Assembly (NCBI GenBank): GCA_964016885.1
Contig: OZ024747.1
Location: 93,868,001-93,932,000, forward strand
From: Eledone cirrhosa
Lineage: Eukaryota
Direction: 5' to 3'
DNA: 64,000 nt
In this document: piece by piece, positions 41,271 through 53,039 of the stretch
Layout of the letters: every line of letters starts with the position of its first letter
How positions within the stretch are numbered: position 1 is the first letter of the stretch
Made by a program: the position numbers and the translations under genes
The notes under the pieces: model-generated
Seen by the model: only the letters and a program-made list of their open reading frames with translations
Databases searched by the model: none
Told to the model about the DNA's origin: nothing

Positions 41271-41775
41271 GTATATGTATGTATGTGTGGATGAAGGTAT
41301 GTGTGTATATATGGGTGTAAGTGCACTAAATCCTTTTCTATCACGCTCCACTCTCCTACCCATCACAGGAAGATATATGTGTGTGTATATTGCTTCCACC
41401 CCCTCACTGACCAGCAGCTGGCGATTGCTAAATCTGACCGTTATAAAATAACCCACACCCCAAATAACTTCTCATTCACTACCAGAAAGGGACACAGCAG
41501 TCAACCTGTTGTTGCTACCTAGATGAAAACTGCTATGAAATCCCACAATGAATTTTATACTTGAATTTTCAAGTCTCAAATTTTAACTCTTCGTATTATT
41601 AATTTTTCTTAATATTAATCAACATTTGAAAAGATGGCTTTTGCAGACCCATCGAAACCGGTCATTTTTTATACCCTTTATTATTTCCTTACCTTATAAA
41701 ATTATGTTTTTTCACAAAAAAGTATTCTGTCTCTTATATATTCCATGTGCCATTACCAACCTCAATTTTCTCTAT
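38950..41775 (-). mobile_element. 5'-truncated Neptune-like PLE with ~1-kb inverted duplication
   Basis: Inverted repeat ~38950-39935/40803-41775; GIY-YIG fragment 40352-40800 ([28 protein letters not shown]); U3-A8 HHR at 39057-39105(-) and 41621-41668(+). Confidence 0.85.
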
Positions 41776-41804
41776 AACCTTCGTTTTGTGTAGAAAATTA
41801 CACT

Positions 41805-41889
<85 letters not shown>

Positions 41890-42819
41890 CGTGTGTGCGT
41901 ATGTATATATATATAAATGTGTGTGTATATACATATATATGTATATGTGTGTATATATATATATATGTGGGTGTCTGTGATCTATATGTATTGGTCATAG
42001 ACACACACATATACATATATATATACACACACTCACATATATATATAGCCGGCCAAAATGGCGACAAGGAAGGTCGCTTGACCACGTCTTGACCAAACAA
42101 AATATAATATTTTCACCAAAAACTGCCCTTTAAACACATGTCAGATGGATTACAATATTCATTATTACAATTACTTTCACTGTTCCCTGACAACTAGTAC
42201 CAGTTTCAAGATAGAATTATCTTAACGAAGTATATATAATTTGACTTGATTTTCGCCAACAAACCACGTGTGGACATGGACCGGGAAAAAAGGAAAAAAA
42301 ACAAAACAAATCACTACATCCCTTAAGGATCGCAGTAAGTACTCCACAAAACATATAAACAACAATATACACACAGATTTATATACAGATATATACCATA
42401 TGCATATACACACAAGTGAAAAGAAACCACACTATTTCGTGTGAGACACTATACCGGCCAATTTTACCAATTTACATTGGTAAAATATTTCTTAACATTG
42501 ACTTCGCTTCTAACCCACATACACCTTTTAATTATATATATATATACTAGCAGCTGAAAGTTAATAATTTGAAAAAAAAATATTATTGAAAGTTTACTAT
42601 AAAGAAGCAGTATCAGGAAAAAAAAAAAAAAACGTTATTTCGCTGTTAATAAACAACTGCCTTCTACAGTACGTTTCATTTAACTTACGCAGCATATTTA
42701 TTTGTTTACATGCACAGACTCTTCTGTACACACACAACATTTAGGAAAACGGAAACAAAAAAACAAAACAAAAAAACAGACATTTTATTTCTATCGTAAT
42801 CAAGTGCGCTAAACCTATA

Positions 42820-44082
42820 TTGTTTACATTCTGTGTTTTTCTACGGATGGGTAGAAATAACAAAATTGCCATGGTGATATCCATCGATGAAGTATGCGAT
42901 AAAACTGGTCGATGTCCCAAAATAGAACATTGCCCGGAAAATCACACCTGCCATATCTGTACGGAACCTGAAAACTCGTTCCGTAATCGTTGGGTCGAAT
43001 GTGGAACCTGTCGCATCTCTGTCTGCCTTCAATGCGCCACAGGCTTCCGGAAGATGCCAGGCCAAAATAAGAAACATCATATTGCTACGATGGATAGACT
43101 CTGGGAGATGGTCCAGCTAACAAACTGGTCCTTTCAGTGCCTGGACTGTATGCCTGCTTCTCCCATTGCTGCGGAACAACAACAACAACAAAGACCGAAG
43201 ATCGTGTCTTCTACCATTGTTCCTGAACAACAACAACAAAAACCGAGGATCGTGTCTTCCTCTACCATTGTCCCTGAACAACAGCAAAAACCAACGACCG
43301 TAGCTTCTGCTACTACCCCCGTTGAAGGACTTCATCAACAACAGCAACCCATGTCTTCCTCACCCGTTACTTTTCAACAACAACAACCGACGACTGTGTC
43401 TTCTACCATGCCTGTTGAAGGAGAAGAAGAACAACAAAAACCGACCGTCAATACGGAGTTTGAGGAAATACGGCAAATGATTTCCGCTTTAAGTCAAGAA
43501 ATAGCGGAAATAAAATCAAGCGTTCGTGTAGAACCCCACAATGAGGGATCTTACCGGAGTGCCTTGTTAAAAAATCTCCGCGTACCTCATGTTGAACCTA
43601 GACGCATTGAGAATGCCACTGAATCTGCAAACCATGAAGTGATTGCCATTGGTGTGCCGGAAGATATAGTTGATCTTCAGGCATTTGCTGCCAGTTCATC
43701 CAAAGACCTGGGCTGTGCTCCCGCAAAGGGTGCTCTATGCCTTGGCCAACCAGGCCTGAAACCCAGGTTAATTAGACTGTCGTTTTCAAACTCAACTGAG
43801 GCACGTTCATACCTTGTAGCCTCTGATAAAGCTAGGCGTGAAAGTCGGATTGCTTTCCGAACACGTCCTGGTCTTCCACCTGATGTCCGCCCAAAGTTGC
43901 GTGCTGCAGCTTCCCTAAACCGCAGCTCGGCAGAACATGAAAGCTTCAGCCTACGAGATGATGGGCAGATATGGAAGTTTGTTAAGGCTGGCGAATCATG
44001 GAAAAGAGACACCAGCTGGTCTGAAAACACTGTACCCACAACAACTGACAATAAAGAAACTGAAAAAACTCTGGGAAACTAA
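42820..44082 (+). CDS. CR1-type LINE ORF1 (PHD-like finger, Q-rich linker, coiled coil)
   Basis: CHIC..WVECGTC..CLQC..FQCLDC; directly upstream of APE-RT; first ATG at 42847. Confidence 0.8.
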   Translation: MFTFCVFLRMGRNNKIAMVISIDEVCDKTGRCPKIEHCPENHTCHICTEPENSFRNRWVECGTCRISVCLQCATGFRKMPGQNKKHHIATMDRLWEMVQLTNWSFQCLDCMPASPIAAEQQQQQRPKIVSSTIVPEQQQQKPRIVSSSTIVPEQQQKPTTVASATTPVEGLHQQQQPMSSSPVTFQQQQPTTVSSTMPVEGEEEQQKPTVNTEFEEIRQMISALSQEIAEIKSSVRVEPHNEGSYRSALLKNLRVPHVEPRRIENATESANHEVIAIGVPEDIVDLQAFAASSSKDLGCAPAKGALCLGQPGLKPRLIRLSFSNSTEARSYLVASDKARRESRIAFRTRPGLPPDVRPKLRAAASLNRSSAEHESFSLRDDGQIWKFVKAGESWKRDTSWSENTVPTTTDNKETEKTLGN

Positions 44083-46892
44083 ATCAGAACAACCTGCCAT
44101 CCCCTGCACATAATCATAGACTGGAATCAAAGTACAAATTGTTGTCCTTGAATGCACGTAGTCTATGCAATAAGATTCATCTTTTTGACTCCTACGTCAA
44201 AAGTATCAACCCGGACTTCATTACAGTCACGGAAACTTGGGCACATCCCTTACTCTGTGATGGGGTTTTCAGCATGACTTGCTACAACCTGTTTCGTAAA
44301 GACCGTATTAATCGTGGTGGTGGTGGTGTAATGGTCTACGTTCGGTCAAATCTGTCGGCAATTCCTTGTGCTGATTTGAACCAATCACAGCAGGAAGTTT
44401 TTTTCTGCGATATACGTATGACCATGTCAACACTGCTACTTGGAGTCGTTTACCGTCCCCCAAATTACCATCAGGACACTCAACTTTGTGATATCCTCAG
44501 AGATGTTGCCAGGAAGACAGCCACTTATGTTTTCATTGCAGGTGACTTCAATCACCCTGAGATTGACTGGGAGACCTTTCGTTGGCCGCCAAGTGCAAAT
44601 GACTTCCTTGAGCTGGTGCTGGACTCGAGTTGGTCCCAGGTGGTCACCTCCCCAACGAGAGGTGACAACACTTTGAACCTACTCTTCACCACTACTCCTG
44701 AAACGGTCATTAGTGTTACTGGTGAGGAACCTTTAGGTGACTCTGATCATGCTATGATCATTGCCAATCTATCCCTCATGGGCAGTAACAAGAACCACAA
44801 CCATCTCCAAACTGCTCACTTTGACTGGAATAAAGCAGACTGGAACTGTTACTGCACCGAGTTGCAACGGCCAAACTGGCTTGAGTTCTACGACTCTCGA
44901 GATGTCAACACTGTACTCCAGAACATCCTGAGCTCAATATGGACAGCATGTGCAGCATCGGTGCCACGTAAGCGGAAAAAACATCCCAAAAGCGCAATTT
45001 GGGAGACTGCAGCAGTCCGTCTTGCCAGAAAAGAACGGCGCAATGCTGAACGTGAGTACAAACTTCACAAATCAGACATTAATAGGAAGAGGCGAAATAG
45101 ATCGTCCAACCACCTCAAACAGGTGACAAAAAAGGCAGTGCTTCAATTTGAGCAGCACATAGCAACCAGCCCTGACAGTAAGGTGTTCTGGAAGTATGTT
45201 CACTCAAAGCAGAGGCCTCACTCTCCAGTTGGTCCTCTTCGCAATCCCCACACAAGCCAGGTTACTGATGACCCCAAGGAATGCGCAGAGCTCATTGCTG
45301 AATGCTATTTTCACTATTGAAGACCAGAGTGTACCATCTCCACCACCTATGACACCGGACTCTATTACAACCATGGAATTTACACCTGCAATGCTGCGAC
45401 GTCACCTAAAAAATAAACACAACCATGCCTCTCCTGGTCTTGATGGTGTTACGTACCTGCTTCTTAAACGTGGTGGGTACTTCCTTCTACACCAGTTATC
45501 ACGCTTCTTCCAATTCTGTCTGAACAACAGTGCTACTCCAGAACAGTGGAAAACTGCCAGTGTCATTCCTCTGTTCAAAAAGGGTGACCGCACATCACCT
45601 GTGAACTATCGTCCAGTCAGTCTTACTAGTTGCATCGCCAAACTGATGGAATCCTGTGTCAGAGAAACACTTTGGAACTTCTGGAGCTCTCACAGTCTTA
45701 TCCGGCCCTCGCAATTTGGATTTATCCCCAACTCCAGCTGCTGTGATCAACTTATAGAGTTTCTTGAGGACATCACCCGGATCACTGATGGCGGCTCATG
45801 GGTGGATATTGTTTACCTTGACTTTGCGAAGGCCTTCAATTCTGTGCCACACAAAAGGCTTATGGCAAAACTCTCTGCAATGGGTGTGAAGGATGATCTT
45901 TTTAACTGGTTGAAGTCCTTCATTCTCAGTCGAAGAGAGGTAGTCACGGTTCTGGGACAGCATTCCTCACCATATGAGATGTCATCTGGTGTACCTCAGG
46001 GATCTGTTCTTGGCCCCCTTTTGTTTGTGGCATATATTAATGACATAGATGCCAACTTAAGGAATGCCACAGTACTAAAGTACGCAGACGACATCAAGCT
46101 GTACCTTGAGATAAAAAGGACAGATCCTGAACACTATAGATCTTGCTTGCAGTCTGACCTGGACACAATGCAACAGTGGATCTCAGACTGGAAACTCAAG
46201 CTAGCTGTGGACAAGTGCACCACCATGCATTTTGGGAGTAAAAACCCAGCGTCCACATACTCCCTCCACAGCACTAATATCAAGAAGTCTTCCTGTGAAC
46301 GTGACCTGGGCATTATGGTCAGCAGCGATTTGCGTTGGACGAGGCACGTCTCTAAAATTGTCAAGAGGGCCGAGGGTGTCTTAGCATCACTCAGCAAGAC
46401 CTTTGTCAGCCGCTCTCCAGATATCTATTTAAGGCTGTATACAGCTATGGTGCGACCACACTTAGAATTTGCATCACCCGTCTGGAACCCCTATCTTGCT
46501 CAGGACATTGACCGCCTGGAAACTGTTCAGAGACGTGCAACCAATGACTACCCTCCATCAGGCATCTACCATACTCTGAGCGCCTTGCTTCCCTGGGCAT
46601 GGATTCATTGAAGCTCCGACGCCTGGCAACTGACTTGGTAAACACCCACAAAATTGTTAACCATGTTGCCAACAACAACCCTGAGTACCTTTTCGATTTC
46701 CATGTGTCTAACACACGTGGACATGCCCACAAAGTAAGAAAACAGCACAGTTCTCATGACTTTCGGAAACATTTTTTCACGCTCAGAGTTGCTGAAGCAT
46801 GGAACAAACTACTTGCATCAGTTGTTAGCTGTCGAGACACTGCATCCTTTAAGGCCTCCATGCTTCCCGAGATCCGCCAACAGAACAGCTAA
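44083..46892 (+). pseudogene. CR1-type LINE ORF2 (APE + RT), two frameshifts
   Basis: LNARSL, TETW, GDFN, SDH; NYRPVSL, LDFAKAF, GVPQGSVLGP, YADD; CR1 tail RKHFFTLRVAEAWN; shifts near 45305 and 46545. Confidence 0.92.
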
Positions 46893-47457
46893 CACATACA
46901 CACAAGTACTTCCCTGACATTTGTGTATTATTCTATGTACTATATTGACGAGTTGTAGTGCACCTGAGCACTTTACACAATAATTTCATTATTATTTTAT
47001 ACACAACACCACCAGCTCTCTCTCTCCTTCTCTCTTTGTCTCTCTTTCAATCTATTCTGTCACAACCACTCTCTCTCTCTCTCTCTCTATTTATGAAGGT
47101 ACCCCAGAAACTCCATATCTCAGGAACCCATGCTCTGATTTACTCGAAACTTGTATATTCCATTTGTATTCCCATTTCAGGGTCAACTTCCTTTCAAGGT
47201 ATTTTCCCATTATGTGCCCTTTTGGCTGTATTACATTACATTACATAGATATTTTTATCTAAAGGCATTTTTTCGTATTCCAACCCTGCCCGTCCCCTCA
47301 ATCTATTTTATTTCTCATTCTTTCTTCTGATGAAGGACTAGTGTCCAAAACGTTAAGACCCTCTTCCTGCTATATCAAGTGTTAACCTAATATATCCCTT
47401 CCATATACTGTACCGATTGTGTTGTTATTTCTGTTTACCTTTTATATACATATATAT

Positions 47458-48425
47458 AGTTTGTTCCATGGAGGTTTTAAAGGATGCAGTGTCTCAACAG
47501 CTAACAACTGATGCAGGTAGTTTGTTCCATGGAGATTTTAAAGGATGCAGTGTCTCGGCAGCTAACAACTGATGCAGGTAGTTTGTTCCATGGAGATTTT
47601 AAAGGATGCAGTGTCTCGACAGCTAACAACTGATGCAGGTAGTTTGTTCCATGGAGGTTTTAAAGGATGCAGTGTCTCGGCAGCTAACAACTGATGTAGG
47701 TAGTTTGTTCCATGGAGGTTTTAAAGGATGCAGTGTCTCGACAGCTAACAACTGATGCAGGTAGTTTGTTCCATGGAGATTTTAAAGGATGCAGTGTCTC
47801 GACAGCTAACAACTGATGCAGGTAGTTTGTTTCATGGAGGTTTTAAAGGATGCAGTGTCCCGACAGCTAACAACTGATGCAGGTAGTTTGTTCCATGGAG
47901 GTTTTAAAGGATGCAGTGTCTCGACAGCTAACAACTGATGCAGGTAGTTTGTTCCATTCTTCAGCAACTCTGAGTGTGAAAAAATATTTCCGAAAGTCAT
48001 GGGAACTGTACTGTTTTCTGACTTTGTGGACATGTCCACATGTGTTAGACACATGGAAATCAAAAAGGTGCTCAGGGTTGTTGTTGGCGAGATGGTTAAC
48101 AATTTTGTGGGTGTTTACCAAGTCAGTTGCCAGGCATCGGAGCTTCAATGTATCCATGCCCAGGGAAGCAAGGCGCTCAGAGTATGGTAGATGCCTGATG
48201 GAAGGTATTCGTTTGGTTGCACGTCTCTGAACAGTTTCCAGGCGGTCAATGTTCTGAGCAAGATAGAGGTTCCAGACTGGTGATGCAAATTCTAAGTGTG
48301 GCCGCACCATAGCCATGTACAGCCTTAAATAGATAGCTGGAGAGCGGCTGACAAAGGTCTTGCTGAGTGATGCTAAGACACCCTCGGCCCTCTTGACAAT
48401 TTTAGAGACGTGATTCGTCCAACAC
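47458..48425 (-). mobile_element. CR1 3' fragment with 61-bp minisatellite (~8 units)
   Basis: 47957-48425 homologous to 46330-46800; array 47458-47957. Confidence 0.9.
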
Positions 48426-48819
48426 AAATCATTGTTATATATTCACACACTTTTCTACACACACACACACATACAGATACATAATTTACTTTAATGATAT
48501 CTTGCTGTAGGTAGATGTACAGCCTCCGTAGCTGGTTGCTATGGGCCATCTCTAGGGACGACATCTCCCTAGCAACATCCCAGATGTCGATGTGGACGAC
48601 GGAAGACCTGAGTTGGCATTGAAAAAGCATCGATAGAAACTGGAACACGTTCTGTCTAGTTGCTGTGGTGGTGGTGATGATGTGGTGGCCTTCATACATT
48701 GCTGTGAGGTCATCGAAAGAGATAGTAACTGGGCGAACCACCTGGAAAGAGAAAGACAGAGAGTCTGAGAGGAGGAGTGAAAGTGAGTAAAGGGAAAAGA
48801 GGGACAGACATATATATCT

Positions 48820-49500
48820 ATAACCCTTTAGTGTTCAAACCGGCCAAAACTGGCCAGAGTTCTCTACCTCTTTCTGTTGAAACTGGCTGTAACTGGTCAC
48901 TCAATCTGATGTTAAGGTATTGTTCTCAAAATAAATACTTTCAAAATCTCATAGATTCGATATTATGTGAGATATTATGTGAGGTAAAGCCTTTACTGTG
49001 ACAATACAATAGAATATATAGAGTAATGTAAATGTTATGTGAGATATTATATGAGGTAAAGCCTTTACTGTGACAATACAATAGTATATATAGAGTAATG
49101 TAAATGTTATGTGAGATATTATGTGAGGTAAAGCCTTTACTGTGAAAATACAATAGAATATATAGAGTAATGTAAATGTTATGTGAGATATGTGAGGTAA
49201 AGCCTTTACTGTGACAATACAATAGTATATATAGAGTAATGTAAATGTTATGTGAGATATTATGTGAGGTAAAGCCTTTACTGTGAAAATACAATAGTAT
49301 ATATAGAGTAATGTAAATGTTATGTGAGGTAAAGCCTTTACTGTGAAAATATAATAGTATATATAGAGTAATGTAAATGTTATGTGAGATAGTATGTGAG
49401 GTAAAGCCTTTACTGTGAAAATACAATACTATATATAGAGTAATGTAAATGTTATGTGAGATATTATGTGAGGTAAAGCCTTTACTGTGAAAATACAAAA
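48820..49500 (+). repeat. piggyBac-like end followed by 72-bp minisatellite (~7 units)
   Basis: taacccttt start; unit tattatgtgaggtaaagcctttactgtg..; also at 61350-61735. Confidence 0.8.
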
Positions 49501-49849
49501 GTATACCTCATACCTATAATTGCACACACACACACACATATGTATTAAAAACAATCCTATGTATATAAATGTGACCTGGATGTCATGAGTGATAGATCTG
49601 TTGAGTTGGTTCAGTAGAGATATGGTGTGTTCCTTCAAGATTAGGAGGCTGTCATTCTTCTCCCGTACAAATGTTTCCAATATTTCTAGAAATTTCTCAT
49701 TCTGTGACATTAGGGATACAACTAAAGAGAAAAAAAAAAAAAAAATAGATTGCTCGGAATTTAAACCGTTATTTTTCAAATAAGATATAACCCTAACTGT
49801 AGCCCCTATTTTACTACCAGATATAATCTTAACCCTAACAGCCACCTAC

Positions 49850-51445
49850 CCTTTTTTCATACCAGATATAACCCAAACCCTAATTCTAACTCCTGAAAAC
49901 AAACTAACCCCTTTTTTCATACCAGATTTAACCCAAACCTTAACACTAACCCCTGAAAACAAACTAACCCCTTTTTTTCATACCAGATATAACCCAAACC
50001 TTAACACTAATCCCTGAAAACAAACTAACCCCTTTTTTTCATACCAAATATAACCCAAACCCTAACACTTATCGTGGAGAACTCGTGTGTATGAATGTAA
50101 CAAGGAGACATGGTTTGTGTGTATAATATTTAATTAACAATCATGGATATATATAGAACAGTATAGTTGACATGTCAAAGAAATAGATGATAGAATGAAG
50201 CAAAGTTAGTAGTTACCGTTTTGATTGCCAGGCAAACGCAGCTGGCAGAAGACGCCTGGCTAAGGCCAGGGCCGGAAGGGAAAATGAGAGAGTGAGAACT
50301 TAAAGTTGTTAGTTTTATAGGGTTCTGACCGGAAGTTACAGAAAGGGTTCTACTTCCCGTCTAGATGTTGTTAATCTATTGGGGTTGTGAGTCACAACAA
50401 GGGAGGCAACTGCTACACACTAACCCCTTTTTTTCATACCAGATATAACCCAAACCCTAACACTAACCCCTGAAAACAAACTAACCCCTTTTTTTCATAC
50501 CAGATATAACCCAAACCCTAACACTAACCCCTGAAAACAAACTAACCCCTTTTTTTCATACCAGATATAACCCAAACCCTAACACTAACCCCTGAAAACA
50601 AACTAACCCCTTTTTTTCATACCAGATATAACCCAAACCCTAAATCTAACTCCTGAAAACAAACTAACCGTTTTTTTCATACCAGATATAACCCAAACCT
50701 TAACACTAACCCCTTTTTTTCATACCAGATATAACCCAAACCTTAACACTAGCCCCTGAAAATAAACTAACCCCTTTTTTTCATACCAGATATAACCTAA
50801 ACCTTAACACTAACCCCTGAAAACAAACTAAACCCTTTTTTTCATACCAGATATAACCCAAACCCTAACACTAACCCCTGAAAACAAACTAATCCCTTTT
50901 TTTCATACCAGATATAACCCAAACCCGAACACTAACCCCTGAAAACAAACTAACCCCTTTTTTTTCATACCAAATATAACCCAAACCTTAACACTAACCC
51001 CTGAAAACAAACTAACCCCTTTTTTTAATACCAGATATAACCCAAACCTTAACACTAACCCCTGAAAACAAACTAACCCCTTTTTTTCATACCAGATATA
51101 ACCCAAACCCTAAATCTAACCCCTGAAAACAAACTAACCCCTTTTTTTCATACCAGATATAACCCAAACCTTAACACTAATCCCTGAAAACAAACTAACC
51201 CCTTTTTTTCATACCAGATATAACCCAAACCTTAACACTAGCCCCTGAAAACAAACTAACCCCTTTTTTTCATACCAGATATAACCCAAACCTTAACACT
51301 AACCCCTGAAAACAAACTAACCCCTTTTTTTCATACCAGATATAACCCAAACCTTAACACTAACCCCTGAAAACAAACTATCCCCTTTTTTTCATACAGA
51401 TATAACCCAAACCTTAACACTAACCCCTGAAAACAAACTAACCTC
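49850..51445 (+). repeat. ~61-bp satellite rich in TAACCC motifs
   Basis: Unit cataccagatataacccaaaccctaacactaacccctgaaaacaaactaacccctttttt. Confidence 0.9.
50070..50417 (-). mobile_element. Solo LTR of family B
   Basis: Diverged reverse complement of 719-1056; 4-bp TSD CACT. Confidence 0.9.
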
Positions 51446-53039
51446 TTGATCAGGCAGATATACACATGTGTATGTGTATATACATGTATGTGTATATTTG
51501 TGTGTGTGTATGTAAGTGTATATATATATATATATATATTATATATAGAGTTATAAACTCAAATAGTCTTTTACAATTAAATAGCTCAAAGAAAGGCATA
51601 TTTCTGAGCCGTGTAATACAAATGAATATATGATAGGGTTAAACACTGATACAAGTATACATGTGTTTGCATTGCAAATGACCATTTGTATTACACGGCT
51701 CGGAAATATGCCTTTCTTTGAGCTATTTAATTGTAAAAGACTATTTGAGTTTATAACTCTATATATAATATTCTCGGCTCCACGCGTTGAGCTAATTTTT
51801 AGTCCCATAACACCGGCTGCTATTTTTAGCGGCATGAGTATGAGACAAGCTAGACACTGCGACACATGTGCTTTCAACAACACATTTCTCCCAGTCTTCT
51901 TAAGTATTTTGAAGTGAAACTTACCAATTTCTGGATACCTGCAGAAGAGCACAGGAAAGGAACTTTCACTTAATTGTTGCGAAACAAATTTAAAATTTAA
52001 AATTTGTCCAGGTATCACGGCTATTGCCAATATAGGTTTGTTTTTATTGATTTAATATTTTAAATCGAGACAGGCAAATCGTATTATTTTAATTAGTATT
52101 TTTCAATCTAGCTAACTTGGTCATTTGCAATGCAAACACATGTATACTTGTATCAGTGTTTATCCCTATCATATATTCATTTGTATATATATGTATATAT
52201 ATACAAATGGCTTAATTTAAATGTATGGGATTTAAACTCTCCGACACTAATTTGCATAATAGACCAATAATAAAATTAGTAACCCCACTATCCGGGAGCT
52301 TCCAACAGACATGGTCGCATTCTTTTAAGGGTATGTGAATATTTGTTTATAAAACTGATCTATATTATATTTTATCTGATGAAAGCGCACCATCATTTGC
52401 TTTAGTGTCCTTGAAATATGTATAATGAAATAAATATGGTTTTATAAATATAGTTTCCATTTGTTAATATATTGTATATATATATATATATATATATGTA
52501 TATGTGGGTGTGTGAATGTGTGTGTGTATAAATGTTTATATGTATGTGTGTGTGTAGATATGTGTGTGTTTGTGTATAAATGTATATATATAAAATTATA
52601 TATGTGCATGTGTGTGTATGTGTTTGTATGTGTATGTGTGTGTTTGGGTATATGTGTGTATGTTTGTATGTGTGTTTGTAGGAATGTGTATGTGTGTGTA
52701 TGTATGTATGTGTGCATATGTGTATGTATTTGAGTGTGTGTGTGTGTATGTATGCGTGTGTGTGTGTTTGGATGTGTGTGTGTATGTGTGTTTAGTTGTT
52801 TTGTATGTGTGTAGGTATATGTGTGTGTGTGTGTGAGCAGGGTACCACAATACATACCATTGCTGTTGCTAGGTGCACCACTGTTGCTGCTAAGGAGGTG
52901 TCTGAGCATTAATGTGAGGTGATGTATGATGTTCTCTAGCGTCTTCCGTTGGTCAGCCTCGGACATGTCCAGCCGTAGAGACAGGTTTACCACTGAGAAC
53001 GATAGACATATATCATATATATATATATATATATAGTTA

